From the IMG/VR virus record IMGVR_UViG_3300045988_111768: a stretch of DNA of 27,914 nucleotides; one strand, 5' to 3'. The position numbers were made by a program, and so were the translations under genes. The notes beneath the pieces were generated by a model. It saw nothing but the letters and a program-made list of their open reading frames with translations. It searched no databases and had not been told where the DNA came from. The stretch is from a virus. Position 1 is the first letter of the stretch, and each line of letters opens with the position of its first letter. Positions 16,849 through 22,829 of this stretch are shown in pieces.

Positions 16849-17190
16849 CTATGCTTCAATCAGTGTGTAACGTCCGTAGGTTTTGAGGAATCTACCGAGC
16901 TTAAGGCCATAGTGTGCGAGCTTTTCGTTAGCTGCGGCTTCCCATTCCTCGTTAGCTGCGGCTTCCCACACTTCCCCGTGTGCCCTACGTGGCAATCCTT
17001 CGACTCGCTCGATATCATGGTATGTGACATCACTTTCTAAATCGATGTGCCATTCATGGTCAGAGCCGAACCAGAGTCGATTACCGGTGATACCATCCTT
17101 AATAACGATGGCGGTACGTGTGATGTCGCCGTAGATGGCAACTGGCTTGATTAGGACGGCCTTATTGTGGGTGTCAATTGCTGTGAGCAT
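16849..17190 (-). CDS. Small protein P1 (113 aa), paralog of 21098-21424
   Basis: It aligns by eye along its whole length with P2 (M-TAID..., PVA(I/V)Y, DG(I/N)TGN, ERVEG, EEWEAAAN, YGLKLG, (T/E)L(I/V)EA). It contains an in-frame 24-bp tandem duplication. Confidence 0.8.
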   Translation of the reverse strand: MLTAIDTHNKAVLIKPVAIYGDITRTAIVIKDGITGNRLWFGSDHEWHIDLESDVTYHDIERVEGLPRRAHGEVWEAAANEEWEAAANEKLAHYGLKLGRFLKTYGRYTLIEA

Positions 17191-17256
17191 TGTTTGTCCT
17201 TTCCTTGGTTTGGTTGATAACTACGATATTACTCTACCTGTGCCAACGACACGCAG
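17191..17256 (-). promoter_or_regulatory. Promoter-leader cassette A
   Basis: In sense orientation: tGCGTGTCGttggcacaggtagagTAATATcgtagttatcaaccaaaccAAGGAAAGGAcaaacaATG. The -10-like hexamer is at 17226-17231 and GCGTGT lies 17 bp upstream (17249-17254). Confidence 0.6.
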
Positions 17257-17263
17257 AGGAAAC

Positions 17264-17291
17264 AAAAAAGAGGGGCGATTTCTCGCCCCTC
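17264..17291 (-). terminator. Rho-independent terminator (minus strand)
   Basis: In sense orientation: GAGGGGCGA-gaaa-TCGCCCCTC followed by TTTTTTG. It lies 10 nt after the stop of 17301-17648. Confidence 0.85.
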
Positions 17292-17300
17292 CCTCAACGC

Positions 17301-17648
17301 TTACAACGTGCCTAACGTCGTGCTGCAACCGGCCTTATGCCGGTACATGGCACACACGCTGATCGACACCAGCAGGCCACGCAACCCAGTCTTACGCGCC
17401 AACAGCAGCCACGTGATACCGCCGAAGATTGGAGACGCGCACCATCCGCAGTCTGTGAGCTGCCGCAGGCTCTTCGCGGCCTTTGCCTGCTTCGTGTTGC
17501 CGCGTTCTTCCGCGGCCTGTGTAGCTTGCGCCACGGCTTCGCGCCACACATCGCGCATGTCTGCAAGCCTGTAGCCGAATCCGGGCGTGAGCTGCGCACA
17601 GGTCAGGAAATACCCGGCTGCGAGTCCTGCCACGATTGCCTTTTCCAT
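17301..17648 (-). CDS. Small membrane protein (115 aa), unknown function
   Basis: Hydrophobic segments are AIVAGLAAGYFLTCAQL and PIFGGITWLLLA. SD is GGAGGAA. Confidence 0.6.
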   Translation of the reverse strand: MEKAIVAGLAAGYFLTCAQLTPGFGYRLADMRDVWREAVAQATQAAEERGNTKQAKAAKSLRQLTDCGWCASPIFGGITWLLLARKTGLRGLLVSISVCAMYRHKAGCSTTLGTL

Positions 17649-17651
17649 GAT

Positions 17652-17912
17652 TCATTCCTCCATAGCGTCGAAGAGTTCGGCCACATTGTGACACGCCTTG
17701 CCATCGTAAATGAGTGCTGGGAAGCTGCTTGTAATCTCAAGCACATCATCCCACCTAGTGTTACCCGGCTGCACGACTATCAGCCTTGTGCCACTGTCTG
17801 CGAGTGCGTGGCGCGCCCTGTGCAGCATGTCACTTGCCTGCGGGTCGCATTGCACGCAGCCGTCGAAGGCGAGGTATACGACACCTTTTGCCAATCCTTG
17901 CATGCTTACCAC
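17652..17912 (-). CDS. Glutaredoxin/NrdH-like thioredoxin-fold protein
   Basis: CVQC redox motif after a beta-strand (VVYLAFDGCVQC), and a cis-Pro region (SSFPALIYDGK). The start is either GTG at 17912 (overlapping the exonuclease stop) or ATG at 17903. Confidence 0.6.
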   Translation of the reverse strand: MVSMQGLAKGVVYLAFDGCVQCDPQASDMLHRARHALADSGTRLIVVQPGNTRWDDVLEITSSFPALIYDGKACHNVAELFDAMEE

Positions 17913-18796
17913 TCTTCAGTCTCACCAGCGAAGGTCTGCACGGAAAACTTGTTAGATAGCATGTCTGTGTAGGCCAGTGTGTTTCGTCCGCTTTCCAGCT
18001 GCTTTTCCACTTTGTCCTGCACGTCTTCGCGGCGTACAGGCATGACCACGTGAGATAGATTGCAGTACACGCGATCGTCCAGCATCGTGAAATAGACAGT
18101 CTCAAGACTGTCATTCACAGCGAAATACTGAAGCACCTGAGCCTTGTACGTATCAGGCACGAAGTCGAAGGCCGTCAAATCAGCACGCAGCACATCCGGG
18201 AAGAGAGCAAGCAGCATGTCATGGAAAGCATCGGTGGTGCCCACTGTCTTGTCGCCCGAATGCAGGTCATGCCATAGACCATACGGCACTACGGCCATGA
18301 GATGATTCCTAGTGCCGAGCGACTTCGCTTCAAAAGCAAAAGTCGGTTGCTCGGCCTTCTCGTGCGCGTCGGGGCTGATTGCGATTCGCTCATCATCATC
18401 ACGAACCCACATGCCCGTATCAAATTCCACTGTGGCCGTGTCAATGCCGAGCTTTTCGCACGCCTGCCTGATGTTCTCGTTTTCCAACCTGTGACCGCGT
18501 GCCATGGGCGGTTCGCCGTCTGCGGGGTCTGCCCACATCTCGGCAAGGAAGCTCCAGAATTCGGCGGGGACTTTCAAACGCTGATTGTCTACTCGCGCCT
18601 GTTCGGCCTTATGCAGGTATTCGATTCGTTTCGCGTCGGTCTTGGCCTTCTCCGCCATGGCTTCAAGCTTCGCCACGTCCTTCTGTGCGTAGTGTTCCAT
18701 GCTCAACGCTCCGGCCTTCGTGCCGGTGATTTTGCCGATGCGCTGTCGCAGCCATGCGTCGGTGTCCTGTGATTGTGAAATGTCGATGATGTGCAT
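17906..18796 (-). CDS. YqaJ/lambda-exonuclease-like recombination exonuclease
   Basis: N-terminal WLRQRIGKITGTKAGAL and catalytic-region pattern ISPDAHEK...FEAKS are typical of YqaJ-family viral recombinases. Confidence 0.75.
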   Translation of the reverse strand: MHIIDISQSQDTDAWLRQRIGKITGTKAGALSMEHYAQKDVAKLEAMAEKAKTDAKRIEYLHKAEQARVDNQRLKVPAEFWSFLAEMWADPADGEPPMARGHRLENENIRQACEKLGIDTATVEFDTGMWVRDDDERIAISPDAHEKAEQPTFAFEAKSLGTRNHLMAVVPYGLWHDLHSGDKTVGTTDAFHDMLLALFPDVLRADLTAFDFVPDTYKAQVLQYFAVNDSLETVYFTMLDDRVYCNLSHVVMPVRREDVQDKVEKQLESGRNTLAYTDMLSNKFSVQTFAGETEEW

Positions 18797-18822
18797 GATG
18801 GTTTCCTTTCATTGGGTGAGGT

Positions 18823-18845
18823 GGGGCACCCGTGGTGGGTGCCCC
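18823..18845. promoter_or_regulatory. Perfect GC hairpin H3 (GGGGCACCC-gtggt-GGGTGCCCC) between P3 and the exonuclease gene
   Basis: 9-bp perfect stem read directly. No U-tract lies on the sense side. It holds the same position relative to its upstream small gene as H1 and H2. Confidence 0.65.
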
Positions 18846-18855
18846 GTGGTTTTGG

Positions 18856-19146
18856 TTAGAAGTTCTTGAGGTCGTAGTAGAGGGCTGCAACGTCGCCGTC
18901 GCTCATGTCGCGGGCACCACCTTCTTCCATCACTTCTTCTACGCCGTCCTCATCGTAGAAGTATTCAGACCACAGCAGGCAGGATGGTTCGTCTTCGTCG
19001 TAGGCGGCATAGAAGATTCGCCCGTCTTCGAATTCGATTCGTAGCGTGTCGCCTGCATAGATTCCATCTTCGACGCTCGTGCTGCGGATGTCGTTGGTGG
19101 TGTTGTGGAGGGTGCTGCCGATGGTCTGGAGGGTTGGGGTGGTCAT
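18856..19146 (-). CDS. Small, strongly acidic protein P3 (96 aa)
   Basis: ATG at 19146 is fixed by cassette B (the ORF-track start at 19200 reads through the promoter). I count 23 Asp+Glu against 5 Lys+Arg (YDEDEPSCLLWSEYFYDEDGVEEVMEEGG). Confidence 0.7.
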   Translation of the reverse strand: MTTPTLQTIGSTLHNTTNDIRSTSVEDGIYAGDTLRIEFEDGRIFYAAYDEDEPSCLLWSEYFYDEDGVEEVMEEGGARDMSDGDVAALYYDLKNF

Positions 19147-19211
19147 TTCTGTTTCCTTTCCTTGTTGGTTGATAACTCTGATATTACTCGCCATCTCCAT
19201 GCGACACGCCG
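19147..19211 (-). promoter_or_regulatory. Promoter-leader cassette B
   Basis: In sense orientation: CGGCGTGTCGcatggagatggcgagTAATATcagagttatcaaccaacAAGGAAAGGAaacagaaATG. The -10-like hexamer is at 19181-19186 and GCGTGT lies 17 bp upstream (19204-19209). Confidence 0.6.
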
Positions 19212-19486
19212 TGAACCGGAAAATCCACTGGTTTTTTTTCGTCGGCAGGCTGGGACTGCATCACACGACTATTCCTGCCACGCTCCGGCCTGTCATGCTT
19301 GGCATAGCCGCCCTGTTCGATGGCAAGCACTGCGATACTTGCGATGGTCGCAAAGCAGCAGCACACGGCAAGCACAAGGCACTCGGCAGACCAGTCATAG
19401 GCACCCGAGAACGCAAGGCCAAGAGTGAAGCTGGCACCGACAAGACCGAAGATAAAGGCGCTGAAATCAAGCGCGAACTGCTTCAT
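19184..19486 (-). CDS. Small membrane protein (about 100 aa), unknown function
   Basis: ATG at 19486 lies 2 nt after the erf stop. Hydrophobic runs are FSAFIFGLVGASFTLGLAF and LVLAVCCCFATIASIAVLAI. Its 3' end overlaps cassette B. Confidence 0.55.
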   Translation of the reverse strand: MKQFALDFSAFIFGLVGASFTLGLAFSGAYDWSAECLVLAVCCCFATIASIAVLAIEQGGYAKHDRPERGRNSRVMQSQPADEKKPVDFPVHGVSHGDGE

Positions 19487-19487
19487 G

Positions 19488-20069
19488 TCACTCACCCGCC
19501 TTAACGATCTGCGCACGAATAGCCATGATATCGGCCTTGGTCAAATCTTGCGGACGGGTCACAGGATGCCCGAAGTTGGTGGACTGGACTAGCTGGCGTA
19601 TATCCACCCCCGCGGCTTGCGCGTCGCTGCTTACGGCCTGCCAGTCTTTTGCGCTGGCTTTCGCCTGTCCCGAGTGTGATTGCGTCGCACCGTAGCCGTC
19701 ATCATCCTTTTCCGGGAAGATGCCGAGCGCAGCGTACAGGCTATAGCGTCGCGCATAGGTTACGGCGCTGCCTACGGCCTGCGGGTCGCTAAGCACGAAG
19801 AACGGATAGGAGCCGACTGTGAGCGTATCCGCTTCATCGAAGATAACCGTGCGCACGATGCCAAGCGGCTTATCTTCACCCGACACGTATTCGACGGCTT
19901 GATAGAAGCCCATGCCATGCTTGGCGAAGACGGGTTTCACGCCCTTCAGCAGGGTGTCAAGGCCGAGGTACTTGTATTGGCGTTTGCCTGCGTCGGCTCG
20001 CAAATCGGTGACGAATGTCGGGATGTCCTGTAGGAGCTTGGCGTACTTGGTGTTGAGGTTGCTGGTCAT
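19488..20069 (-). CDS. erf: Erf-family single-strand annealing protein
   Basis: KRQYKYLGLDTLLKGVKPVFAKHGMGFYQ and AVGSAVTYARRYSLYAALGI are hallmark Erf motifs. Confidence 0.8.
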   Translation of the reverse strand: MTSNLNTKYAKLLQDIPTFVTDLRADAGKRQYKYLGLDTLLKGVKPVFAKHGMGFYQAVEYVSGEDKPLGIVRTVIFDEADTLTVGSYPFFVLSDPQAVGSAVTYARRYSLYAALGIFPEKDDDGYGATQSHSGQAKASAKDWQAVSSDAQAAGVDIRQLVQSTNFGHPVTRPQDLTKADIMAIRAQIVKAGE

Positions 20070-20146
20070 TTTGGTTTCCTTTCCTTGGTTTGGTTGATAA
20101 CTACGATATTACTCTTGGTTGTCAGTAGCGTCAAAACGACACGCCG
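20070..20146 (-). promoter_or_regulatory. Promoter-leader cassette C
   Basis: In sense orientation: CGGCGTGTCGtTTGACGctactgacaaccaagagTAATATcgtagttatcaaccaaaccAAGGAAAGGAaaccaaaATG. The -10-like hexamer is at 20106-20111 and TTGACG lies 17 bp upstream (20129-20134). The motif is at 20137-20146, inside the upstream gene's 3' end. Confidence 0.65.
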
Positions 20147-20690
20147 AATAATCCATAAAACGCGCCGAGACAATCTCCTTGTCACGCCACAAGCCAAGCG
20201 CACACTTGATTACATGACCCGTGATATCCACAGGCACAGTCGCATACACATCGACGCCACGGCAACCAAGACGCCGCAAGAAATCGCAGCAGGGACAGTC
20301 GCCCGTCCACCTGTACTCGCGGCCATCATCCAAAGTCACAGCCCAATCCCCGCCGTCTCGCACGATAACACACGTTTGCGAGTCCTTGAGCGCATGGACG
20401 GCGAGAGCACTGGCGATCCGTCGCGCTCGCGGACTGCCGTTGGTCGGCAGGTCTGGCATTGGAAGGCGCACGTCATCCACGGTCAGGTCGCACGGCTCCC
20501 CGGCATCGAAGAAAGTCGCCACCATGTCGTGCCAACCGCCGTCCGGTGCAACCGCGTCTATGCGCACGTCGTACATGATGATGCCGAAGTTGCCGCGATA
20601 CCTGCGTACCTCGCACGCTTCGACATACCATCCATATTGGCCGAGATAGTCGGCAATCCTGTCCCCGAGCTTCTTCACAACCTTGTTCAC
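20109..20690 (-). CDS. Hypothetical protein (193 aa) with a C-terminal Cys/His cluster
   Basis: GTG start overlaps the upstream stop (GTGA). GDCPCCDFLRRLGCRG...TGHVIKC suggests a zinc-binding, loosely SWIM-like module. No confident family was recognised. Confidence 0.6.
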   Translation of the reverse strand: MNKVVKKLGDRIADYLGQYGWYVEACEVRRYRGNFGIIMYDVRIDAVAPDGGWHDMVATFFDAGEPCDLTVDDVRLPMPDLPTNGSPRARRIASALAVHALKDSQTCVIVRDGGDWAVTLDDGREYRWTGDCPCCDFLRRLGCRGVDVYATVPVDITGHVIKCALGLWRDKEIVSARFMDYSACRFDATDNQE

Positions 20691-21019
20691 AATGCTTCTC
20701 CGATTTCCTTGGTGGTGATGGTCCCCGTCCAGATTTCCGGTGCCTTGTCCATGATTGCCTTGGAGTCATCAATAAGACAGTCGATAACATAGTTTTCGGC
20801 CAAGAGTCGCAGCCCATAATCTTGCTGCACGTGCTTTTCAAGCACGATGTGCCCGGCCTTCTCGTACCATTCCGCAAGCTCCCAGAGCATTCGGGAGATT
20901 TGCATTTCGTCTGTCCATGCTTCCTTGCGCCATTGCTTGCCGTCTAGGTAGAGCGTTGCGTCTCGTAGCCATCTGTGGTCGTCGCGGCTGGTGATGATGC
21001 AGACCCTGTGCTGTTTCAT
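20687..21019 (-). CDS. Hypothetical protein (110 aa)
   Basis: SD is AAGGAAAGAGAA. It is translationally coupled to 20109-20690. No motif was recognised. Confidence 0.6.
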   Translation of the reverse strand: MKQHRVCIITSRDDHRWLRDATLYLDGKQWRKEAWTDEMQISRMLWELAEWYEKAGHIVLEKHVQQDYGLRLLAENYVIDCLIDDSKAIMDKAPEIWTGTITTKEIGEAL

Positions 21020-21064
21020 TATCGTTCTCTTTCCTTGTTTGGTTTAATGTTTTTCGGTGTGTGT

Positions 21065-21088
21065 GGGGCGTGCCGAGAGACACGCCCC
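21065..21088. promoter_or_regulatory. Perfect palindrome or hairpin H2: GGGGCGTG-N8-CACGCCCC, just downstream of P2
   Basis: Read directly. It has the same stems as H1, and its loop (CCGAGAGA) is the reverse complement of the H1 loop (TCTCTTGG) apart from one base. Confidence 0.7.
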
Positions 21089-21097
21089 TAGTCTGTG

Positions 21098-21424
21098 TCA
21101 GGCTTCTACCAGCTCGTACCTGTCCCCGGCCTTCTCATCGAATGCGCCGAGCTTAAGCCCGTAGTAGTCAAGCAGCTTGTTTGCGGCTGCTTCCCATTCC
21201 TCTTCGTCAGCGCCGTACACGCCTTCGACTCGCTCAGCGGAATGTGCCGCGTCGCCGTCATATGCCGAATCGGTATACCATTCGCGGGTAATGTCGCTGT
21301 ATGCGAGGGGATTCCCGGTGTTGCCATCAACGATTAGCAGCGTGTCGTATGCGTTGCTCGCGTAGACGGCGACGGGCTGAACGTCGATAACTTCGTTGGT
21401 GTTTAAATCGATTGCGGTAGTCAT
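21098..21424 (-). CDS. Small acidic protein P2 (108 aa), paralog of P1
   Basis: See P1. I count 23 Asp+Glu against 6 Lys+Arg. It has a single copy of the EEWEAAAN segment. Confidence 0.8.
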   Translation of the reverse strand: MTTAIDLNTNEVIDVQPVAVYASNAYDTLLIVDGNTGNPLAYSDITREWYTDSAYDGDAAHSAERVEGVYGADEEEWEAAANKLLDYYGLKLGAFDEKAGDRYELVEA

Positions 21425-21491
21425 TTTGGTTTCCTTCCTGTTGTCTGGTTGATAACTCTGATATTACTGCTGATTGCGACACGACACGCCG
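21425..21491 (-). promoter_or_regulatory. Promoter-leader cassette D
   Basis: In sense orientation: CGGCGTGTCGTGTCGcaatcagcagTAATATcagagttatcaaccagacaacAGGAAGGAaaccaaaATG. The -10-like hexamer is at 21461-21466 and the outer GCGTGT lies 17 bp upstream (21484-21489). Confidence 0.6.
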
Positions 21492-21510
21492 ATAACCAGG
21501 AAATCCCATA

Positions 21511-22590
21511 TCACGAGCCAGAATTAGACACAAGCTCTATACCCTCACCAATCCACCGCATCACAGGAACGGCCATGGAATTACCCAGGGCTTTGTAACG
21601 CTTGGAATCTGGCGCGTGCTCGGCACCACGCCACGGCACATCCGTATACCCGTCAGGGAAGCCTTGCAGTCTTTCGCACTCGATAGCCGTAAGCCGTCGA
21701 ACGGCAAACCCTGGCGAGTTAACGAAGCACGCGCTTTTACCGTCATGCGCTGTCAACGTGGGCGACAAATCATGGCCGACACTAAGCGTGCTTGAGTCAG
21801 TCGAGCAATACGGTGGATTGATAAAGCAAGCTCCCCGCGCATCCATCGTGGTCAAAGTCGGAGCTATGTCATGGCCGACGCTCATATGTACGCCGGTATC
21901 CGACGCGCAATAAACGCGTTGCTCTAGTCTTTGGAGTCCTGGAGTGCTGTCAATGCTGCAAGATGCCGATCTAGAGCTTGCATTAGCTCGCTTGGCAAAG
22001 GCTTTGCGCGCTTCCGCGCTCGATTGATAATCCCAACGCAGGCTCTCTCGCTCAAATAGTACCGGTGCGGCACGTCGCCAGTCTCTAGTATTGACAACAA
22101 GGAACACACGTCTGCGTCGCTGTGCCACTCCGTAGAATTGAGCGTCAAGCACCCGCCATGCCGCCCCGCCATCAGGCCAGAGTTCGGCCACGCCTGCGAG
22201 CAGTGAGCCGAAAGCGCGCCCTCCATCTGCGGATAATACGCCGGGAACGTTTTCCCATACAATCCATTCTGGATTAATTTCATGGCAAGCTCGGAGATAT
22301 TCGAGCATGAGCCGGCCGCGCGGGTCATCCAACGCCTTCCTGAGTCCTGCGATGCTGAATGCCTGGCAGGGGCTTCCTCCGACCACAATGTCAACTGCTC
22401 CACGGTATTTGCTCCAATCTACTTTTGTCATATCTCCAAGGTCAGGCACTCCTTGGTAGTGGTGTGCGAGTACCGATTTTGGGAATGGGTCTATTTCAGA
22501 GTAGGCGACTGCTTCCCAGCCTAGTGGTTTCCAAGCCACGGTTGCTGCTTCTATCCCGCTGAAAAGGCTTATGTATTTTAGCGGTTTCAT
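21511..22590 (-). CDS. DNA (cytosine-5) methyltransferase with a tandemly duplicated target-recognition module
   Basis: Motifs occur in canonical order: LFSGIEA (I), GGSPCQAFS (IV), ENVPG (VI), QRRRRVFLV (VIII), RRLTAIECERLQGFP (IX), GNSMAVPV (X). ATG at 22590 is fixed by cassette E (the ORF-track start at 22617 is upstream of the SD). Confidence 0.9.
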   Translation of the reverse strand: MKPLKYISLFSGIEAATVAWKPLGWEAVAYSEIDPFPKSVLAHHYQGVPDLGDMTKVDWSKYRGAVDIVVGGSPCQAFSIAGLRKALDDPRGRLMLEYLRACHEINPEWIVWENVPGVLSADGGRAFGSLLAGVAELWPDGGAAWRVLDAQFYGVAQRRRRVFLVVNTRDWRRAAPVLFERESLRWDYQSSAEARKAFAKRANASSRSASCSIDSTPGLQRLEQRVYCASDTGVHMSVGHDIAPTLTTMDARGACFINPPYCSTDSSTLSVGHDLSPTLTAHDGKSACFVNSPGFAVRRLTAIECERLQGFPDGYTDVPWRGAEHAPDSKRYKALGNSMAVPVMRWIGEGIELVSNSGS

Positions 22591-22652
22591 TGCGTGTTCC
22601 TTCCTTTTTGGTGACAATATTGATATTAGTCGCTCTCACAGGCGACACGCCG
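22591..22652 (-). promoter_or_regulatory. Promoter-leader cassette E (diverged copy)
   Basis: In sense orientation: CGGCGTGTCGcctgtgagagcgacTAATATcaatattgtcaccaaaAAGGAAGGAacacgcaATG. The -10-like hexamer is at 22623-22628 and GCGTGT lies 16 bp upstream (22645-22650). Confidence 0.55.
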
Positions 22653-22660
22653 AGGATACG

Positions 22661-22691
22661 AAAAAAGGCGGCACGCCTAGAACATGCCGCC
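22661..22691 (-). terminator. Rho-independent terminator (minus strand)
   Basis: In sense orientation: GGCGGCA-tgttctaggcg-TGCCGCC followed by TTTTTTCG. Confidence 0.7.
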
Positions 22692-22780
22692 ATGTGTACC
22701 ATTCGCCGGTGCCCCGACACGGCTGGCACTACCGCTGGCAGCGGTTGGTGCGCATCCTTGGAGATGCGTTCTGCCGTACA
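22661..22780 (-). ncRNA. Candidate ~120-nt small RNA bounded by its own TATAAT promoter and the 22661-22691 terminator
   Basis: No credible ORF is present (the longest sense ATG frame is 19 codons, with no SD). Internal hairpins are CGCATC-N6-GATGCG (22751-22768) and ACCGC-tggca-GCGGT (22731-22745). The ends are predicted, not measured. Confidence 0.35.
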
Positions 22781-22786
22781 AACACC

Positions 22787-22815
22787 ATTATACGAGCTTT
22801 AGTCGATCCGCGCCG
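22787..22815 (-). promoter_or_regulatory. Candidate promoter for the sRNA candidate
   Basis: A perfect TATAAT on the minus strand lies at 22787-22792. CGGCGCGG at 22808-22815 resembles the cassette motif at a -35-like distance. Confidence 0.4.
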
Positions 22816-22829
22816 AACGGCATAAAAAT

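Noticed and set aside
20109-20690. The C-terminal Cys cluster of the 193-aa protein could be called a SWIM zinc finger.
   Set aside because: The CxC...F part fits, but the canonical CxH is absent (CRG instead). The pattern is only suggestive, so the product stays hypothetical.
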